From NCBI GenBank assembly GCA_002395605.1, contig DGXO01000034.1, forward strand, positions 1 to 63,460: 63,460 nucleotides of DNA. Direction: 5' to 3'. Within the stretch, counting starts at the first letter, position 1. Every line of letters starts with the position of its first letter. A program made the translations under genes and the position numbers. The notes under the pieces were generated by a model, which was not told the DNA's origin, ran no database searches, and was given only the letters and a program-made list of their open reading frames with translations. This document shows positions 9,541 through 19,348 of this stretch, piece after piece. The stretch is from Bacteroidales bacterium UBA4230. Its GTDB lineage: Bacteria > Bacteroidota > Bacteroidia > Bacteroidales > UBA932.

Positions 9541-10840
9541 CATATTTGCGCTTCTTCTTTCCTGCAGCCCCAAAGCGCAGGACACTCCCCTTCTGGAGGC
9601 TCCTTCAGGGCTGACCGTTACGGAGATTACCACGGAATCGGCCACCCTCTCTTGGAAGGGGAATTCGGCCGAAGCCATTGGCTACTATGTGTTTGTGAAT
9701 TCAAATGTAAAGCCTCTGGAGGCCCTGCCCAAGGGAAGCGTGGCCTACACTTTTACCGGACTTACAGAGAGCACTGAATACAGGTTTGGCGTGCAGGCGT
9801 ACGGAAACGGCACGGCAATGAGCCCGGTTGCATGGACGGATCCCGTAAAAACCGCCGCTCCGGAGCCTGAGCCTGAACCGGAACCCGAGCCTGAACCGGA
9901 CCCCAATCCCATTGAGCCCGTCACCTTTGACTGGACGGAGGTAACCGGACTTGACATTCCGGAATCCATTAAAGTCTACAAGACCGAAAGCACCCTGAAC
10001 GGCCGTCCGCTGAAGGCGTGGTATGCCGTTGCCGACTGCACCGGGGACGTAAGGCTGAGGGTACTTTTCCCCGGCCTTGACGGCAAGAAAACAATTGACG
10101 ACCAGGCCCAGGCCGACGAAAAATGCCTTGTGCTTGTAAACGGAGGCATCTTCGGCAAACTTAACAACGGATTTGCCGTTTGCGACGGCGAGCAGACTCC
10201 CTGGGCGCGCGTGGAAGACGACAACTGGGACGTAGACCGCCAGTACTGGGGCCCGGACAGCAAGCTCCACACGGTGTCTCGCGGGCTTTTCGGCGTAGAT
10301 GAAGTCGGGAGACCTGGCGTCTTCTGGTCATATACCCCCAAACACGGTACCGTGTATGTGTACGACAAGCCCATTCCCACCGTTGCGGGCGGCCCCGTAC
10401 AAGCCGGCGGCACGGACACATTCCCCTGTGAAAGAGCCCAGTGGGAGCCATACAACGCCATCACCTGCGGCCCGGTGCTCCTTCAGGGCGGCAAGTGCCC
10501 CATCAACGACAAGAAGACTTCGGCCGGCTACTGGGAAACCAATTACGAGCTTTGGGCCGACGACATTTACGGCGTGGATGTCCTTGCCGACCGCACGGCG
10601 GTAGGATTCCTTGAGGACGGCCGCGTGATCCTTCTTGTGGCCGATGTCAGGATTGACTCCTCCAAGGGCGCCAACACCCTTGAAATGGCCGCCATCATGA
10701 AGGGCCTTGGATGCGTGGGCGCACTTAACCTTGACGGCGGCGGCTCCACGGGAATGTGGGCTAGGGGCGGCGGTCACCTGAACGACCTCACCGGCGGCAA
10801 CCGTGCGGTCCTTACCACCATAGGCTTTTTTGAAAAGTGA
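9509..10840 (+). CDS. FN3 + phosphodiester glycosidase (NAGPA/DUF2233) lipoprotein
   Basis: ATG at 9509, lipobox LLSC; FN3 domain; (PE)n linker; VNGGIF, RTAVG, ALNLDGGGST. Confidence 0.88.
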   Translation: MKLQYLFTLASIFALLLSCSPKAQDTPLLEAPSGLTVTEITTESATLSWKGNSAEAIGYYVFVNSNVKPLEALPKGSVAYTFTGLTESTEYRFGVQAYGNGTAMSPVAWTDPVKTAAPEPEPEPEPEPEPDPNPIEPVTFDWTEVTGLDIPESIKVYKTESTLNGRPLKAWYAVADCTGDVRLRVLFPGLDGKKTIDDQAQADEKCLVLVNGGIFGKLNNGFAVCDGEQTPWARVEDDNWDVDRQYWGPDSKLHTVSRGLFGVDEVGRPGVFWSYTPKHGTVYVYDKPIPTVAGGPVQAGGTDTFPCERAQWEPYNAITCGPVLLQGGKCPINDKKTSAGYWETNYELWADDIYGVDVLADRTAVGFLEDGRVILLVADVRIDSSKGANTLEMAAIMKGLGCVGALNLDGGGSTGMWARGGGHLNDLTGGNRAVLTTIGFFEK

Positions 10841-12303
10841 TTCTTGCGAGCCTCATACTGGCTGCCTTGATCGGCCTTGTTCCCGCCCCCGTGGAGTATT
10901 CCCCGGAAAGGAGCAGGACCTGCTTTAGGAAGGCCATAGAGCAACTTGAACCTTGGCAGAAGGAGGAGGCCTACAGGATTACAATCCGTGGCCAAAAGGT
11001 TAAGGTTGAAGCTCTTACAGAAGAGGGCAGGTTCCGTGCACAGACAACCCTGGAGCAGCTAAGGGCCCTTGGGGAACTCCCGGAGGGGACAATCCTTGAC
11101 TATCCGCGCCTTCGGCACAGGGGCCTCATGATAGACGAATCCAGGAGTTTCAAGGGCCTTGAGTTCCTGAAAAAGCAGATTGACGCCATGGCGCTCCTGA
11201 AACTCAATGTCCTGCACCTTCACCTTGACGACAGCGCCGGCTGGAGGATGGAGATTGACTCGTACCCGCTGCTGACTGAAAAAACGGCCTTCCGCGTGGG
11301 GTACACCTACCATGAGTGGGAGGCCGGGAAGTATAAGTTCACTTCGGCCGAAGACCCCGCCGGTTATGGCGGATTCTATTCAAAGGCGGAACTCCGGGAG
11401 CTGGTGGAATATGCCGCCAAGCGCTTCATAACCGTGATTCCTGAGATTGAGATGCCGGGCCATTCCATGGAAGTGGGATATGCCTACCCTGAGGTCCTTT
11501 GTACCCTTGAAGACGGAACGCTTTGCCGCGGGGCCTGGGACCTTTGCCCGGGTTCCGAAGCCACCTACAGGCTTCTGGAAAGCGTCCTTTCAGAGGTGAT
11601 GGAGGTATTCCCTTCGGAGTTCATCCACATTGGAGGAGACGAGGCCACAATGAAAACCTGGCCCGGCTGCCCCAAGTGCCGCGCGCTCATGGAGCGGGAA
11701 GGATACACCTCCGTTAAACAGCTCCAGGGACACCTTGTGCGCCGTATAGAGGCTTTTGTCCGCTCCCATGGCCGAAGGATAATCGGCTGGGACGAAATCC
11801 TGGAGACGGGCGTACCGGAGGGGGCCGTGGTGCAAAGCTGGAGGGGCGTTTCAGGAGGGCAGAAGGCATCGGCCCTGGGACACGACGTTGTGATGTCCCC
11901 AAACACCCACCTCTATCTTGATTACTACCAGGACCTTATACGGAAAGAGCCCAAGGCGGTTGGCGCGCTGACATCCCTCCGGTGGGTCTACGGGTATGAA
12001 CCGCTTGCCCCCGGGATGGCCCCGGAGCATCTTCTTGGAATCCAGGGGAACCTCTGGTGCGAACTTATCCCCACCCCGGAGCATGCCGAATACATGCTTT
12101 ATCCGCGGGCCTTTGCAATTGCCGAAACCGCCTGGAGCCCTTCTTCGGCCAAAGACTGGGAGAGCTTCTACCGCAGGACAAGGGCCCTCCTTGAAGTATT
12201 TCACCGGCGCGGGTACAAGAGTTTCGACCTTGACACGGAGAGCGACCTTTCACGCAGCGGATGCCGCACTTGGGAGGAATATGACGCTTATTTGAAGAAT
12301 TAA
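10837..12303 (+). CDS. GH20 beta-N-acetylhexosaminidase
   Basis: HRGLMIDESR, IPEIEMPGH, catalytic HIGGDE, YLDYYQ, GIQGNLW. Confidence 0.95.
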   Translation: MILASLILAALIGLVPAPVEYSPERSRTCFRKAIEQLEPWQKEEAYRITIRGQKVKVEALTEEGRFRAQTTLEQLRALGELPEGTILDYPRLRHRGLMIDESRSFKGLEFLKKQIDAMALLKLNVLHLHLDDSAGWRMEIDSYPLLTEKTAFRVGYTYHEWEAGKYKFTSAEDPAGYGGFYSKAELRELVEYAAKRFITVIPEIEMPGHSMEVGYAYPEVLCTLEDGTLCRGAWDLCPGSEATYRLLESVLSEVMEVFPSEFIHIGGDEATMKTWPGCPKCRALMEREGYTSVKQLQGHLVRRIEAFVRSHGRRIIGWDEILETGVPEGAVVQSWRGVSGGQKASALGHDVVMSPNTHLYLDYYQDLIRKEPKAVGALTSLRWVYGYEPLAPGMAPEHLLGIQGNLWCELIPTPEHAEYMLYPRAFAIAETAWSPSSAKDWESFYRRTRALLEVFHRRGYKSFDLDTESDLSRSGCRTWEEYDAYLKN

Positions 12304-12322
12304 TCTTATCTTTGCGGAAGAC

Positions 12323-13348
12323 ATGGAAATCAAGATAGACTGCAGCCTCAACCATTCCCTTTACAGGCAGATTGTAGAGGGTGTGGAACATGGTATCCAC
12401 GAAGGCTCCATCCCCGCCGGAGAACAACTTCCGTCCATGAATTTCCTTGCCTCAAAATACGGCATTTCCCGTGAAACCGTCAAAAAAGCCTATGGCATCC
12501 TGGTAGACAAAGGCCTCATTGCCCCAAAGCACGGCAAAGGCTTCTACGTGGCCGATATTTCCAAAAGCGGACGCCCTCAGGTGCTGGTTATCTTTGACAA
12601 GTTCTCCGTTTACAAACAGATTATTTTCAACGCCTTTTCCGGCACGCTGTCAGACAAGGCCGAAATCACCATAGTCAATCACAACCAGAGTCTGGAGCTC
12701 CTCACGTACTATCTGGACAACTATCTTGATGCCTTTGACTACTATGTGGTTACGCCGCACTTTCCACTGGACAAGGCCACCCAGGCTGGAGTTTCAAAGC
12801 AGCTTTCCCGCATTCCCAACCGTAAGCTCATAATGCTTGACCGCCTGCAGCCGGATTTCCCCGGAAACTTCGGCGCGGTGTATCAGGACTTCGAGAACGA
12901 CATCCGTGACGGTCTTTCCCAGGGCCTGTCCCCTACCGTACGCACCCGGAAACTCCGGGTGATAACGCTCCCGTCATCCCTATACGGCCATGGGATGCAT
13001 AGCGGTATAAAGCGCTTTTGCCAGGAGCACTCGATACCCGTGGAATTCATAGAATCGGCCCCCTCCGATATTCATCCCGGAGACACGTTCCTCCTCCTCA
13101 GCTCCCAGCTGGACGCAGGGCTGGTGGCCCTCACCCGCAAGATTCAAGAAAGCGGTCTGGAGATTGGCCGGGACGTCTTCATCATCTCCTACAACGAGTT
13201 CGACATGAACGAGATTGTCCTTGGCGGGCTCACCACAGTTTCGGCCGATTTCCACGAGATGGGAAGGCTGGCGGCGCAGATGATCCTGGACCGAAAACTC
13301 GTCAAGATTCACTGCCCGTTCAGGATGATGAGGCGACATACTTTCTGA
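12323..13348 (+). CDS. GntR-family regulator with C-terminal sugar-binding domain
   Basis: GEQLPSMNFLASKYGISRETVKKAY...HGKGFYV winged HTH; LacI-like tail IISYNE...LTTVSADFHEMG. Confidence 0.9.
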   Translation: MEIKIDCSLNHSLYRQIVEGVEHGIHEGSIPAGEQLPSMNFLASKYGISRETVKKAYGILVDKGLIAPKHGKGFYVADISKSGRPQVLVIFDKFSVYKQIIFNAFSGTLSDKAEITIVNHNQSLELLTYYLDNYLDAFDYYVVTPHFPLDKATQAGVSKQLSRIPNRKLIMLDRLQPDFPGNFGAVYQDFENDIRDGLSQGLSPTVRTRKLRVITLPSSLYGHGMHSGIKRFCQEHSIPVEFIESAPSDIHPGDTFLLLSSQLDAGLVALTRKIQESGLEIGRDVFIISYNEFDMNEIVLGGLTTVSADFHEMGRLAAQMILDRKLVKIHCPFRMMRRHTF

Positions 13349-13349
13349 T

Positions 13350-13386
13350 TTTGTATTGCATTACAAAGAAATAATTCTTATATTTG
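13350..13386 (+). promoter_or_regulatory. Promoter -7 box with upstream palindrome (candidate GntR operator)
   Basis: TATATTTG at 13379-13386; palindrome TTTGTA-TTGCAT-TACAAA at 13350-13367 over the expected -33 position. Confidence 0.5.
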
Positions 13387-13454
13387 CATTATAATACCAC
13401 AGTGCACCACACTTTAGAAACTAGTTTTAATTTCATAACCAATTCATTATTAAC

Positions 13455-16271
13455 ATGAAAAAACTCATTAACGCATTTCTTGCTCTTGCTGCAGGCCTAG
13501 CTATTGCAGGCTGCGCCAAAGAGTACGACGACTCCGCTCTGCAGAACAAGGTGAACAACCTTGACAAAAAAGTGACGGAGCTGGAAAAGAAGGTGAATGC
13601 CCTCACTGAGCAGGTCACCGGTCTTGCCACCACCATCGACGAATGGAAGAAGGGTGGCTTCGTAGAGTCTGTCACTGACATCAAGGAAGGTGACACAGTC
13701 ATCGGCTACACCGTCACGTTCGTAGGCGGCAAAACCGTTGTCCTCTACAACGGTAAGGACGGCGCCCCCGGCAAAGACGGCAATCCCGGTGCTCCCGGTA
13801 AAGACGGTGAAAAAGGCGCTACCGGTGCCGACGGCCAGACTCCTACCATCATCCTCTACGAAGGCAATCTTGTATGGGCAATCGGCGACAAGCCTATCCT
13901 CGTAGACAATAAGCCCGTTCCTGCAAACGTAGTTCCCACCTTTGCCATCAACGACGAAGGTCACCTCATCATGACCCTCCTTGGCCAGGAGACGGACCTC
14001 GGCAAGGTCAAGGGTGAAGACGGTGCTGCCGGCACAGGTGGAGACTCCATCCTGAAGTCCATCGAGAAATCGGCCGATGGCAAAAACCTCGTCTTCACGC
14101 TCAACGGTGATCCCGAGGTAGTGTATGAAATTCCCTTCGCAACCGCTTTCAAGCTTGTCATCGAAAACACCCAGATCGAAGCCGCTGCCGGCAAAACCGT
14201 AGAGATTCCCTTCACAGTTGAAAACGGCACCGCCGAAATGGTAGACTTCTTCGTAAACAATTCGGCCTATGAAGCCAAGATTGTCGAGAGCAAACTTGTT
14301 GTTACCGTTCCGGATCCCTTCCAGACAGCCCAGATTCTTGTATGGGCCAAAAATGACAATGGACTGATCTCATTGGTAAAGCTTTCCTTTATCACAGCCG
14401 CTGACGTCGCAGTAGTAACTCCCGCCGAAGATATTGCAGCTATTCCCGCCGCAGCCGGCGACTTTGTGATTGACCTCACTTCCAACGTAGACCTTGACGC
14501 AAAAGTCCCCGAGGCCGCAACATGGGTAAAGGCTGTTGTCACCAAAGCCGACTACAAGCTCACCCTCACTCTTGAGGAAAACACAACCGGTGAGCCCCGC
14601 GAGGCAGAAATCGAGATTGTCCGCGCAGACAACGGCGCAACCGTAAAGACCATCAAGATTGTCCAGCTCTATGAAGCTCCCGCACCCCTTGACCCTGCAC
14701 AGGCAGGTGATGTCCTTTGGGCAGAAGACTGGTCAGCAGTTCCTACCGACAAAGAAAAATCCGAAGTAGAAGACTATGACTACAGTTCAACCGTTGTTTA
14801 TGGCGGCAGGAAGGTTGCCTATGCAATCACCCACAGCGCCTCCACCACATCCAAGTCACAGCTTTACTACGATACCCAGTATGGCTACAAGGATAATGGC
14901 ACTGCTGTCAAAGATGGCAACCTCCTCATTGCAAAGGGCAATGGTACATTCACAGTTTCCGGTATTCCCGTAGCAGAAGCAAAGGCCGCGACGCTCACAT
15001 TCAAGGTCAACGCCAAGAGAGATGTCACAGTTACTTCTCCCACTGAAAACGTTACCGTAGGTGAAAGGACATGGGGCGAAGAAACCTCAAAGCCCTATTC
15101 CGCAACAGTGAAAATCACCTTCGGGGAGAATGTCGAAAAGTTCGCGCTCCTTTTCACCAATGCCGATGCCGGCAATAATGTCCGCGTAGACGACCTTCAG
15201 GTTGTTGTGGACGGAGAGCCCGCAGTAAAGGAACCCGCATTGGAACGCGTATGGGGACTTTACAACACAGGAGCAGAGGCATACTGGTTCGCAGATGTCA
15301 AGGATGGTTCTGCCGGCATGGCCGCTACAACTGACAGGAACATCGCCATGGATGATGACTATATCTATCTGGCTAAATCTTCCGCATATCCCCAGGTATT
15401 CGCCATTGACAGAACCGATCCTTCCAAGGTCAAGAAGCTTCCCATCAATGGAATTGCTGGCGGAACTCACCCGATTTCATGTGTTCGTGTCGTAAAGAAC
15501 ACCGACCCCGCTGTCAACAATGGTAAAGACATCCTTCTTGTCAGCAATCTGAAGGGTGACTACGAATTGAAAGTATTTGCTTACCTTAATGGAATTGAAG
15601 CCGATCCTACTCAGGTTCTTATCTGGCAATGGGACAATCATGCAAATGCTTCTGACTGGCGCAGATATGGTGACAAGTTCACTGTAACCGGGACATGGCA
15701 AAACGGTGCCATTTGGTTCCAGGGATGGAGTGATGGCAAAGCCCTTTATTTCCCTCTCAACGGTGGTATTGACAAGCCCAACGAGGTTAGCTATGTCATT
15801 GACGCCACAGCCAGCGCAATCAAAGATATTGCAGTATATCCCGGTCAGGATACTGAGGTATTCATCACTTCATACAACAAGGCGGCTTTCTGGACAAAGA
15901 GTGCAGACAAGAATGCAAACAACTGGATTCTCTGGACTGAAGGCGCTGCCATGGAAAGCCTGAAGAATACTTATGGCTACAATTTCTTCGCTTTCAACGG
16001 CAAGAATTACATAGCATACACAAAGATTGAAGATACTACACATAGCCGCATACAGGTTATGGAAGACAATGGTGCATTCAAGTCCTCTTTGGACGCAAAA
16101 GCAGGCCTGATGGAACTGCCTCTGCAGCACGCCTCAGATTTTGCCACGGCTTCTCCTGCCGCCGGACAAAACAATGGTGACTGCACCGTACGTATCATTG
16201 ATGGTGAGGTTTATATTGCCGCCCTTGGCTCAGACATGGGCCTCTCACTCTTCAAGATGGTTCTCAAATAA
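13455..16271 (+). CDS. Large surface lipoprotein: DUF4988 (PL29 N-terminal-like) coiled coil, collagen-like repeat, BACON domain, C-terminal propeller-like domain
   Basis: Lipobox IAGC then KEYDDSAL coiled coil; GKDGAPGKDGNPGAPGKDG; ATWV...EENTTGEPREAEI...IVQ. Confidence 0.75.
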   Translation: MKKLINAFLALAAGLAIAGCAKEYDDSALQNKVNNLDKKVTELEKKVNALTEQVTGLATTIDEWKKGGFVESVTDIKEGDTVIGYTVTFVGGKTVVLYNGKDGAPGKDGNPGAPGKDGEKGATGADGQTPTIILYEGNLVWAIGDKPILVDNKPVPANVVPTFAINDEGHLIMTLLGQETDLGKVKGEDGAAGTGGDSILKSIEKSADGKNLVFTLNGDPEVVYEIPFATAFKLVIENTQIEAAAGKTVEIPFTVENGTAEMVDFFVNNSAYEAKIVESKLVVTVPDPFQTAQILVWAKNDNGLISLVKLSFITAADVAVVTPAEDIAAIPAAAGDFVIDLTSNVDLDAKVPEAATWVKAVVTKADYKLTLTLEENTTGEPREAEIEIVRADNGATVKTIKIVQLYEAPAPLDPAQAGDVLWAEDWSAVPTDKEKSEVEDYDYSSTVVYGGRKVAYAITHSASTTSKSQLYYDTQYGYKDNGTAVKDGNLLIAKGNGTFTVSGIPVAEAKAATLTFKVNAKRDVTVTSPTENVTVGERTWGEETSKPYSATVKITFGENVEKFALLFTNADAGNNVRVDDLQVVVDGEPAVKEPALERVWGLYNTGAEAYWFADVKDGSAGMAATTDRNIAMDDDYIYLAKSSAYPQVFAIDRTDPSKVKKLPINGIAGGTHPISCVRVVKNTDPAVNNGKDILLVSNLKGDYELKVFAYLNGIEADPTQVLIWQWDNHANASDWRRYGDKFTVTGTWQNGAIWFQGWSDGKALYFPLNGGIDKPNEVSYVIDATASAIKDIAVYPGQDTEVFITSYNKAAFWTKSADKNANNWILWTEGAAMESLKNTYGYNFFAFNGKNYIAYTKIEDTTHSRIQVMEDNGAFKSSLDAKAGLMELPLQHASDFATASPAAGQNNGDCTVRIIDGEVYIAALGSDMGLSLFKMVLK

Positions 16272-16295
16272 TCCTTGAATAAATATTGAATCATT

Positions 16296-16326
16296 CAGGG
16301 CAGCCCCACGCGGGTTGCCCTGTTTG
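16296..16326 (+). terminator. Rho-independent terminator
   Basis: CAGGGCAGCCC-CACGC-GGGTTGCCCTG followed by TTTG, 25 bp after the stop codon. Confidence 0.7.
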
Positions 16327-16337
16327 TATCGGGCAGG

Positions 16338-16428
16338 TGGAAGTGAAAAGGCGCAAAAATGGGCAAAAATGCGGGAATCCAGTTGAGGTTGGAAGTGAAA
16401 TCCCGCAAAAATGGGCAAAAATGCGGGA
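16338..16428. repeat. Direct repeat, 52-bp period, with phased A-tracts
   Basis: TGGAAGTGAAA-nnn-CGCAAAAATGGGCAAAAATGCGGGA at 16338 and 16390. Confidence 0.85.
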
Positions 16429-16460
16429 TTTGAGTACGTAATTTTGTATCTTTGGGTAGG

Positions 16461-19247
16461 ATGAAAAGGATTATCGTATTATTTGCTGTGGCGGCCCTGC
16501 TTTGTGGCTGCTCCACACCGGCCGAAAGGGCCATGAAGGGCCTTGCGGGGCGCATTGTGCCAGGGTATAGCATATCTTTCAAGGAAAAGGCCGATACTAC
16601 GGAAAGTTACACCTTCTTCACGAAGGGCGGAAGGCTTGTGATAGAGGGGGCTTCGGCAAATGCAATGGCCGTGGCACTTAACAGGTACATCAAGGATTAC
16701 TGCAAGGCCGATGTATCCTGGTACGCATCAGCCCCAGTGGAAGTGCCTGCGGTGCAGCCCACTGTGCCTGAGCCGGTTAGCGGCCACGCACTTGTTCCCT
16801 ACAGGTTCTTTCTCAACTACTGCACGTTCGGCTACGAAATGCCGTGGTGGGACTGGGCCCAATGGGAGCGGCTCATAGACTGGATGGCCCTTCACGGGGT
16901 GAACATGCCGCTGGCAATAACCGGCGAGGAAGCAGTGTGGCAGGAAGTGCTTCGGCATCACGGACTTACGGACACTCAAATACGCGCATGGTTCACGGGC
17001 CCGGCCCATCTTCCCTGGAACCGCATGTGCAACATAGACGGAGTGGACGGTCCCCTGTCGCAGGAATGGATAGACGGCCAGGTGAAACTCCAGAAGCGAA
17101 TCTTGAAGCGCGAAAGGGAGCTTGGCATGAAGCCTGTTCTCCCCGCATTCAACGGCCATGTTCCTAAGGCCCTGAAGCAGATTTATCCTTCGGCCGGGAT
17201 AACGGATGTATCAGGCTGGGGAGGGTTCCCGGAAGAGAATCTCTGCCACTTCCTATCCCCTACGGACTCCCTTTTTGGTGTGATGCAGAAGGAGTTCCTG
17301 GAGGCGCAGGAGCGGCTTTTCGGCACAGACCACATATACGGAATGGACCTTTTCAACGAGGTCGACGCCCCGTCCTGGGACCCTGAAACCCTTGCAGGGA
17401 TAGGCCGAAGCGCCTATGAGTCCCTTGCCGCCACAGACCCGGAGGCCGTATGGCTCCAGATGGGGTGGCTGTTCCACTACGACAGGAAGCACTGGACTCC
17501 GGAAAACGTGAAAGCATACCTGGAGGCCGTCCCCAATGGGAAGGTGATCCTCCTTGACTACTACACGGAGCACACTCCGGTGTGGACATTCACTGAGGGC
17601 TTCTACGGACAGCCGTACATCTTCTGCTACCTTGGAAACTTCGGCGGGAACACCAGGCTGGCAGGGCCTTTCCGGAAAGAGAGCGCACGGATTTCGGAAG
17701 CCCTTTCCGCGGGCGGCGCGGCCGGGATCGGCTGCACGTTGGAGGCTTTCGGCATAAACAGATGGCTGTATGAATATGTGATGGAGCGCGCCTGGGGGCC
17801 GTCTGCCACGGACGACGAATGGCTTTCCGGCCTTGATGCGCGCCGCGGAAGCCCCAAGGGTTTTTGGAAAGAGATGGCCGACAGCATCTATGTACGCGGC
17901 TCATTCTCAGAGGGCATGCTTTTTTGCGACCGCCCGTGTGACGAAGGCTACAGCAGCTGGAGGGTGATTCACAAAACGCCCTATGACCCCGCCACGCTGG
18001 AGAGGCTTTACGAAAGGCTAATGGCCAGCCCTTCGGGGAAATCGGCCTGGAAAGAGGATGCCGTCACCATTGGCATTCAAGTGCGTGGAAACAGGTTCCC
18101 GGCACTGCGGGACAAATTTGTGGCGGCGTGCCGCGCCGGGGACACTGCCTTGGCCGAATCTTTTGGGGCATCCATGAAGGGACTCATGCTGGAGATAGAT
18201 TCGCTAGCTTTTGAACTTCCGCAGTTCCGGGCCGAAGACTGGCTTTCGGCCGCGGATTCGTGGGGCGGATTCCGGGACAATGCCTGGCATCTTATAACTA
18301 TTTGGGGAGAAACGGAAAGCCTTCGGCTCAATGACTACGCAAACCGCGCCTGGAGCGGCCTTACGCGCCAATATTACTTCCCACGCTGGGAACTGTTCAT
18401 AGACACTCACCTTGACTGCCTGAAGCGCGGCGTACAGTTTGACCCTGAGGCGTTTGCAAAGGACTGCAAGGCACTTGAACTGCGCCTTGCCCGCCATGCG
18501 CCACAGTTCAAGACCGCCACGGTGATGACGTATAATGTTGGTGCGTTGTCAAAGACCCCCGGTCAGGCCGGGGGTGACGTCATATCCGACCCCTCCGTCA
18601 TACCCGGCCCCGACCGGGTATCTGAAATAGCAGCAGTTTTGGCTGATGCCTCCCTTGCCGCCCTTCAGGAACTTGACAGTTGCAACCGGCGTTCTCCGGT
18701 TTTCCAACTGGAGGAGTTATCAAAGGCCCTCGGCGGCCGGCCTTTCCACTTTGCCAGGGCATTCCCCTTTGCTGGCGGCGCGTACGGAAACGGAGTGCTT
18801 TCCCTGGAGCCTATAGTGGCCTCTTTCACCGTTCCCCTCCCTAAGGCCGATGGTGCCGAACCCCGCTCAATGGCCGTGGTGGAAACGGCCGACATTGTTT
18901 TCGCTTCAGTGCACCTTGACCATGTTGGCAGGGAGGCCAGGCCTCGGCAAGTTTCGGCCATAAACGACTGGTTTTCCACGCATTACCGCGGCACCCTGAA
19001 GCCGGTCATCCTTTGCGGAGACTTCAATTCCAGGCCGGAGTCTGAGGTTATCGGCCTTATGAAAGACAACTGGGAGCAGCTTTCCGGAACGGACTACACT
19101 TACTCCACCCTGGCACCTCACGGCTGCATAGATTACGTGTTCTCATGGCACGACGGTGCCCCCGTTAGAGTCATTTCCAGCACTGTTGTCACTGAGGCAG
19201 GCCTTTTGTCAGACCATTTTCCCGTTTCCGTGACAGTGGAGTACTAA
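16461..19247 (+). CDS. GH89 alpha-N-acetylglucosaminidase fused to a C-terminal endonuclease/exonuclease/phosphatase (EEP) domain
   Basis: ATG at 16461 after TATCTTTG; LNYCTFGY, WERLIDWMALHGVNMPL, DLFNE, NFGGN, DYANRAWSGL; EEP motifs TYNV, LQELD, HLDH, GDFNS, IDY, SDHFPV. Confidence 0.9.
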   Translation: MKRIIVLFAVAALLCGCSTPAERAMKGLAGRIVPGYSISFKEKADTTESYTFFTKGGRLVIEGASANAMAVALNRYIKDYCKADVSWYASAPVEVPAVQPTVPEPVSGHALVPYRFFLNYCTFGYEMPWWDWAQWERLIDWMALHGVNMPLAITGEEAVWQEVLRHHGLTDTQIRAWFTGPAHLPWNRMCNIDGVDGPLSQEWIDGQVKLQKRILKRERELGMKPVLPAFNGHVPKALKQIYPSAGITDVSGWGGFPEENLCHFLSPTDSLFGVMQKEFLEAQERLFGTDHIYGMDLFNEVDAPSWDPETLAGIGRSAYESLAATDPEAVWLQMGWLFHYDRKHWTPENVKAYLEAVPNGKVILLDYYTEHTPVWTFTEGFYGQPYIFCYLGNFGGNTRLAGPFRKESARISEALSAGGAAGIGCTLEAFGINRWLYEYVMERAWGPSATDDEWLSGLDARRGSPKGFWKEMADSIYVRGSFSEGMLFCDRPCDEGYSSWRVIHKTPYDPATLERLYERLMASPSGKSAWKEDAVTIGIQVRGNRFPALRDKFVAACRAGDTALAESFGASMKGLMLEIDSLAFELPQFRAEDWLSAADSWGGFRDNAWHLITIWGETESLRLNDYANRAWSGLTRQYYFPRWELFIDTHLDCLKRGVQFDPEAFAKDCKALELRLARHAPQFKTATVMTYNVGALSKTPGQAGGDVISDPSVIPGPDRVSEIAAVLADASLAALQELDSCNRRSPVFQLEELSKALGGRPFHFARAFPFAGGAYGNGVLSLEPIVASFTVPLPKADGAEPRSMAVVETADIVFASVHLDHVGREARPRQVSAINDWFSTHYRGTLKPVILCGDFNSRPESEVIGLMKDNWEQLSGTDYTYSTLAPHGCIDYVFSWHDGAPVRVISSTVVTEAGLLSDHFPVSVTVEY
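18553..18623. repeat. Inverted pair of CGTC-tagged REP palindromes inside the coding sequence
   Basis: AGACCCCCGGTCAGGCCGGGGGTGACG ... CGTCATACCCGGCCCCGACCGGGTATCT, translated KTPGQAGGDVISDPSVIPGPDRVS. Confidence 0.85.
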
Positions 19248-19258
19248 GCCCGTGGAGG

Positions 19259-19348
19259 CAACGCATTGACATTCAGCACATTACTCAAAAACGTCTGCCC
19301 GGTTTTGGGTAGACGTTTTAACATAACAATCACACAATCAATTACTTA
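19259..19348. repeat. 90-bp box-dyad-box element, copy E2 (core may also act as a bidirectional terminator)
   Basis: Boxes CAACGCATTGACATTCAGCACATTA (19259) and TAACAATCACACAATCAATTACTTA (19324); centred dyad AAAACGTCTGCCC / GGGTAGACGTTTT. Confidence 0.8.

Noticed and set aside
9858-9905. (PE)n hexamer repeat as a phase-variable tract
   Set aside because: In-frame Pro-Glu linker with mixed codons; an ordinary domain spacer.
13371-13460. Possible 90-bp element upstream of the large lipoprotein gene
   Set aside because: The boxes match poorly and there is no centred dyad; better explained as promoter and AT-rich leader.
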